Shown piece by piece: positions 59,961 to 64,000 of a DNA stretch of 64,000 nt. Position numbers and translations under genes: made by a program. Each line of letters opens with the position of its first letter. Positions within the stretch are counted from its first letter, which is position 1. Source of the stretch: Gammaproteobacteria bacterium (GTDB lineage Bacteria > Pseudomonadota > Gammaproteobacteria > G965277405); NCBI GenBank assembly GCA_965277405.1, contig OZ255726.1:2016001-2080000 (forward strand), in the 5' to 3' direction. The notes beneath the pieces were generated by a model that did not search any database, was not told the DNA's origin, and worked only from the letters and a program-made list of their open reading frames with translations.

Positions 59961-60986
59961 ATGAAAAAATTTATTTTTATACTTGTTGTTTGCAGTAGTT
60001 TTTGGGCAAACATCTCGCTGGCAGCAGCTGTTAAAGTTGGGGTAAGTTGGTCAAATTTTCAAGAAGAGCGCTGGAAGACAGATGAATCTGCTATAAAAAG
60101 TGCGCTTAAAAAATTAGGTGCGGAATATATTTCAGCAGATGCGCAATCATCCGCAAGCAAGCAATTATCCGATATCGAAAACCTGATAGCTCAAGGTGTT
60201 GATGCCTTGATTATATTAGGTGTCGATACTCAAGCGGTAATACCTGCGGTGCAAGCAGCAGCTGACGAAGGAATTCCTGTTATTGCCTATGACCGCTTGA
60301 TTGAAGATGACAGATCCTTTTACTTGACTTTCGATAATGTTGAAGTCGGTAGAATGCAAGCAAGGGCAGTGTTTAAAATTGCTCCAAAAGGTCGGTATGT
60401 AATGATTAAAGGTTCACCAACCGACCCCAATGCTGACTTTCTACGTGGTGGTCAACAAGAAATTATTCAACAAGCAGTGAGCGCAGGAGATATTACTATT
60501 ATCGGCGAAAGCTATACGGATGGATGGCTGCCAGCAAATGCTCAAGCCAGTATGGAACAGATACTCACTGCACATGATAATCGCGTCGATGCCGTGATTG
60601 CGTCGAATGATGGCACAGCAGGTGGGGTTGTTGCTGCATTAACTGCTCAAGGAATGGAAGGAATTCCGCTTTCAGGTCAAGATGGCGACCATGCTGCATT
60701 GAACCGGATAGCCTTAGGAACACAAACTGTATCTGTATGGAAAGATGCCCGTGCGCTGGGCAAGCACGCTGCAGAAATTGCCGTTGCTCTTGGTAATGGG
60801 GCTGATCTGGATGATGTAGCGGGTTCTGTTGTTTTTAACACACCCAAGAATGTGAAGATGAACGCATTGTTTTTAAACCCAGTACCTATAACAAAAGATA
60901 ACCTTTCCGTAGTTGTCGACGCTGGGTGGATAAGCAAGTCCAAACTCTGCCAAGGAGTAACAGCTAAAGTAGCACCTTGTAATTAA
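59961..60986 (+). CDS. xylF: D-xylose ABC substrate-binding protein
   Basis: GVSWSNFQEERWKTD, AYDRLI, FDNVEVG, GSPTDPNA, NDGTAGG, SGQD. Confidence 0.93.
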   Translation: MKKFIFILVVCSSFWANISLAAAVKVGVSWSNFQEERWKTDESAIKSALKKLGAEYISADAQSSASKQLSDIENLIAQGVDALIILGVDTQAVIPAVQAAADEGIPVIAYDRLIEDDRSFYLTFDNVEVGRMQARAVFKIAPKGRYVMIKGSPTDPNADFLRGGQQEIIQQAVSAGDITIIGESYTDGWLPANAQASMEQILTAHDNRVDAVIASNDGTAGGVVAALTAQGMEGIPLSGQDGDHAALNRIALGTQTVSVWKDARALGKHAAEIAVALGNGADLDDVAGSVVFNTPKNVKMNALFLNPVPITKDNLSVVVDAGWISKSKLCQGVTAKVAPCN

Positions 60987-61012
60987 TCATTGTAATTAAT
61001 CATTAAAAATAG

Positions 61013-61052
61013 TATGCCCATCCGTTCTGTCTGATTTGATGGGCATATTTTT
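61013..61052 (+). terminator. Intergenic stem-loop after xylF (terminator or mRNA stabiliser)
   Basis: TATGCCCATC...GATGGGCATA followed by T5. Confidence 0.6.
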
Positions 61053-61064
61053 ATGTAAGCCAAG

Positions 61065-62363
61065 ATGAAAAATACTGTAGTTGCAGCAGATACAGCTAGC
61101 AGGCGTTCGTTAGCAAAAATCCTTGAGCTAGACGTGCGACTATTAGGAATGATTGGTGCATTTATTTTTTTATGTATTGCTTTTAATATTGTGACTGATG
61201 GACGCTTTTTAACGCCACGCAATATTTTTAATCTTTCTATTCAAACAGTTTCAGTAGCAATCATGTCCATGGGCATGGTATTTGTGATTGTTACTCGACA
61301 CATAGATTTGTCTGTAGGCGCAGTGCTGGCAATGACATCTGCGCTGATGGCTGTTGCGCAAACTCAGTTCATCCCGTATATATTTAATATTGATATCGGC
61401 GATCCAATGATTGCTCCCGTAACTATAATAATTGGTTTGGCAATAGGTGTGTGCATTGGCTGTTTTCATGGATGGCTGATTGGTTATCAATCTATACCCG
61501 CATTTTTGGTGACGCTCGGGGGGTTATTAGTGTGGCGTAACGTTGCTTGGTTTACCACAACTGGACAAACAATAGCCCCGCTTGATGCAAATCTACGCCT
61601 GTTAGGTGGCGCTGGAGGCACTTTGGGTACCAGCCTGTCTTGGGTAGTTGGCATTGGTATATCTGCAGCAGCATGTTGGTCAATTTGGAGGTCTAGAAAC
61701 AATAAGACGGCGCATAACTTTCCTGTCAAACCACTTTGGGCAGAATTCGTACTCTGCTTGTTGGCAAGCGCAACAGTGCTTGGATTTGTCGCAATTTTGA
61801 ATAGTTATCATATCCCCGCAGCAAAACTTGCCAGAATGTTTGCTGTGCGCGGTGAAACCGTTCCAGCTGGATATTCACAAGGATATGGAATTCCAATTTC
61901 GGTGCTTATTTTGATTATCACTGCAATCGTAATGACAATAGTAGCGCGTAAAACCCGTTTTGGTCGCTACATCTTTGCCACAGGCGGTAACCCCGAAGCG
62001 GCGTTGCTTGCTGGGATAAATACCCGAATGTTAACCATTAAAGTATTTGCGTTGCTTGGGTTTCTTTGTGCACTATCTGCAGTTATAGCCCAGTCACGAC
62101 TGCAAGCACATACCAATGACATTGGTACGCTTGATGAGTTAAAAGTGATAGCTGCCGCAGTTATTGGCGGGACTGCACTTTCTGGTGGAATCGGAACAAT
62201 TTATGGCGCAATACTTGGGGCGATGATTATGCAGTCATTACAATCAGGAATGGCAATGGTTGGTGTGGACGCACCATATCAGAACATCGTTGTTGGCATT
62301 GTGTTAGTGTTTGCTGTATGGGTGGATTTTATCTACAGAAAAAAAGTAGGGTTAAAAACATGA
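61065..62363 (+). CDS. xylH: Xylose ABC permease
   Basis: [43 protein letters not shown]. Confidence 0.92.
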   Translation: MKNTVVAADTASRRSLAKILELDVRLLGMIGAFIFLCIAFNIVTDGRFLTPRNIFNLSIQTVSVAIMSMGMVFVIVTRHIDLSVGAVLAMTSALMAVAQTQFIPYIFNIDIGDPMIAPVTIIIGLAIGVCIGCFHGWLIGYQSIPAFLVTLGGLLVWRNVAWFTTTGQTIAPLDANLRLLGGAGGTLGTSLSWVVGIGISAAACWSIWRSRNNKTAHNFPVKPLWAEFVLCLLASATVLGFVAILNSYHIPAAKLARMFAVRGETVPAGYSQGYGIPISVLILIITAIVMTIVARKTRFGRYIFATGGNPEAALLAGINTRMLTIKVFALLGFLCALSAVIAQSRLQAHTNDIGTLDELKVIAAAVIGGTALSGGIGTIYGAILGAMIMQSLQSGMAMVGVDAPYQNIVVGIVLVFAVWVDFIYRKKVGLKT

Positions 62364-63124
62364 CCACAGCGCTCGTTGAAATGCAAAATATGTCGATTGC
62401 ATTTGGTGGCGTGCAGGCTGTTGACCAAGTGAGTGTTGATTTAATGGCTGGCGAAGTTGTAGGGCTATTGGGTCATAATGGCGCTGGTAAATCGACACTG
62501 ATTAAAATGTTATCAGGCGCGTATCAACCAGATAGCGGCACAATACTTGTGAATGGTAAAAATGTAGTAATAAAAAATCCGCGTGATGCGCGCAAATACA
62601 ATATTGAAACAATTTACCAAACACTTGCATTGTCAGATAATCTTGATACTGCAGCAAATATATTTTTAGGGAGAGAGCTGACAACACCATTTGGCTTTAT
62701 AGATGCAGATCAAATGGAAGCGAAATCGAGAAAACTGATGCACCGGTTGAATCCAAACTTTACTAAGTTTGCTGACCCTGTGCATGCACTGTCGGGCGGA
62801 CAGCGGCAATCTGTCGCAATTGCACGAGCCGTGTATTTTAATGCGCGTATTTTGATTATGGATGAACCGACTGCAGCACTTGGACCACAAGAGACGCAAA
62901 TGGTCGCAGCAATCATCAAGGAATTGAAAACGCAAGGCATTGGTATTTTTTTAATTAGCCATGATATTAATGATGTTATGCAACTCTGTGATCGTGCGAG
63001 TGTCATGAAAAACGGTAAACTCGTGGGTACAGTGCAGATTGCTGATGTGACCGATGACGACCTGCTAGGAATGATTATTTTAGGAAAGCAGCCAGCTAAA
63101 ATCGCACACGCTGTGAGCAATTAA
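62360..63124 (+). CDS. xylG: Sugar ABC ATP-binding protein (single domain, XylG-like)
   Basis: [29 protein letters not shown]. Confidence 0.88.
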   Translation: MTTALVEMQNMSIAFGGVQAVDQVSVDLMAGEVVGLLGHNGAGKSTLIKMLSGAYQPDSGTILVNGKNVVIKNPRDARKYNIETIYQTLALSDNLDTAANIFLGRELTTPFGFIDADQMEAKSRKLMHRLNPNFTKFADPVHALSGGQRQSVAIARAVYFNARILIMDEPTAALGPQETQMVAAIIKELKTQGIGIFLISHDINDVMQLCDRASVMKNGKLVGTVQIADVTDDDLLGMIILGKQPAKIAHAVSN

Positions 63125-63540
63125 CTGGTGGCAAGCTCTGATATATGCTGTGTTGCAGACGTTCATTTTATAATATATTTGCCACGGGACTGAAAATATC
63201 ATCCGGCAGGCAGGATGATAACCGAGCGCAATGCTCCTGCTAGAATGGTCAAGAATGGTCAAGAATGGTATTGACTTTTGAAATTGGTGTTTAACGTATC
63301 CGCCATGATGACTACTCCATATCAAATATTGAAAGTGATATGGTTTGCTGCTGCAGTTCCAATTATGCCAACAGTTACATCCTACAATTTAAGAATGAAC
63401 AATTACAATCAGAGGTTTATTTGCTAATGGTTGGTGTTGACTTTTAGTTGCTTATGCAAGCAGGATGGAGGGTGTTAGCAGGTGATAGTGGGTGGGACTA
63501 ATTTAAGTAAAAGTTGGGTAAAGTGGGGGAGGGTAAATGT

Positions 63541-63569
63541 GTGCTGCGGAAATGAATATTCCGCAGCAC
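63541..63569 (-). terminator. Hairpin downstream of the cold-shock gene
   Basis: GTGCTGCGGAA-N7-TTCCGCAGCAC, 11-bp stem. Confidence 0.65.
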
Positions 63570-63584
63570 CGTATTTACGTGGTC

Positions 63585-63791
63585 TTAGACCGCGAGAACA
63601 TTTGTTGCACAAGGTCCTTTTTGACCTTGCCCTACTTCAAACTCAACAGCCTGCCCATCTGCCAGTGTTGCGTATCCGCCGCCATTTTTGATTTCGGAAT
63701 GATGGACAAATAAATCTTGTCCACCAGCTTCAGGAGTGATAAATCCAAAACCTTTGTTGGCATTAAACCATTTTACGGTACCTTTACTCAT
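63585..63791 (-). CDS. Cold-shock protein (CspA family)
   Basis: GTVKWFN..KGFGFI, DLFVHHS, GQKGP.A.NV. Confidence 0.96.
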   Translation of the reverse strand: MSKGTVKWFNANKGFGFITPEAGGQDLFVHHSEIKNGGGYATLADGQAVEFEVGQGQKGPCATNVLAV

Positions 63792-64000
63792 ATTATATAC
63801 TCTTTAAAAATTGGTGAAACTGTTAGTCTTCTATACATGAATCCACCAGTCCATCATAGAAGTTGTAACGTGCTCATTTGGTCTGCAGTGCTAATACCAA
63901 TACAATCTAATATTCTCATAAGCAGACCATGACAAATTACTCGTATACTGCATGATGCAGTTAGAATTTCTGAATGCAACTGTTTTTGTTAATCTATTTA

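Noticed and set aside
63125-63540. Possible xylB remnant or degenerate MITE (GGCAAGCTCTGATA, AATCAGAGGTT)
   Set aside because: No kinase motifs in the frames examined, and the matches to the TIR are too short
1-64000. tRNA, rRNA, prophage or Cas-transposon (CAST) genes
   Set aside because: None recognised; Cas9 is catalytically intact and no Tn7-like genes are present

Overview
Bacterial chromosome segment, probably from a proteobacterium. Housekeeping synteny is scrambled and there are many MITEs, deletion-scarred pseudogenes and micro-duplications, which suggests a host-associated lineage (inference). Housekeeping and metabolic genes: putA plus a separate C-terminal-domain gene, rpe, parE, gabT, ald, dnaG, dsbD, lipAB, fdhA, xdhABC with a purine ABC transporter, xylA with xylose ABC genes, and a cold-shock gene. 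Accessory modules: a Fur-boxed TonB receptor with a hemophilin-like secreted partner; a HEPN-MNT toxin-antitoxin pair; a MITE and two IS5 copies stacked in one CTAA site in front of parE; a complete compact type II-C CRISPR-Cas9 locus (tracrRNA, cas9, cas1, cas2, 20 repeats, 19 spacers); and an IS1595-family element with 24-bp IRs and an 8-bp TSD carrying a restriction-modification pair into the purine operon. Most interesting: (i) the DNA between the tracrRNA anti-repeat and cas9 can fold back on the anti-repeat like a natural single-guide RNA; (ii) the whole CRISPR locus is bracketed by inverted MITEs with intact outer ends; (iii) the R-M-carrying IS1595 element; (iv) two MITE families that appear to package cargo genes. 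All calls come from reading the sequence by eye; no searches or folding programs were run.
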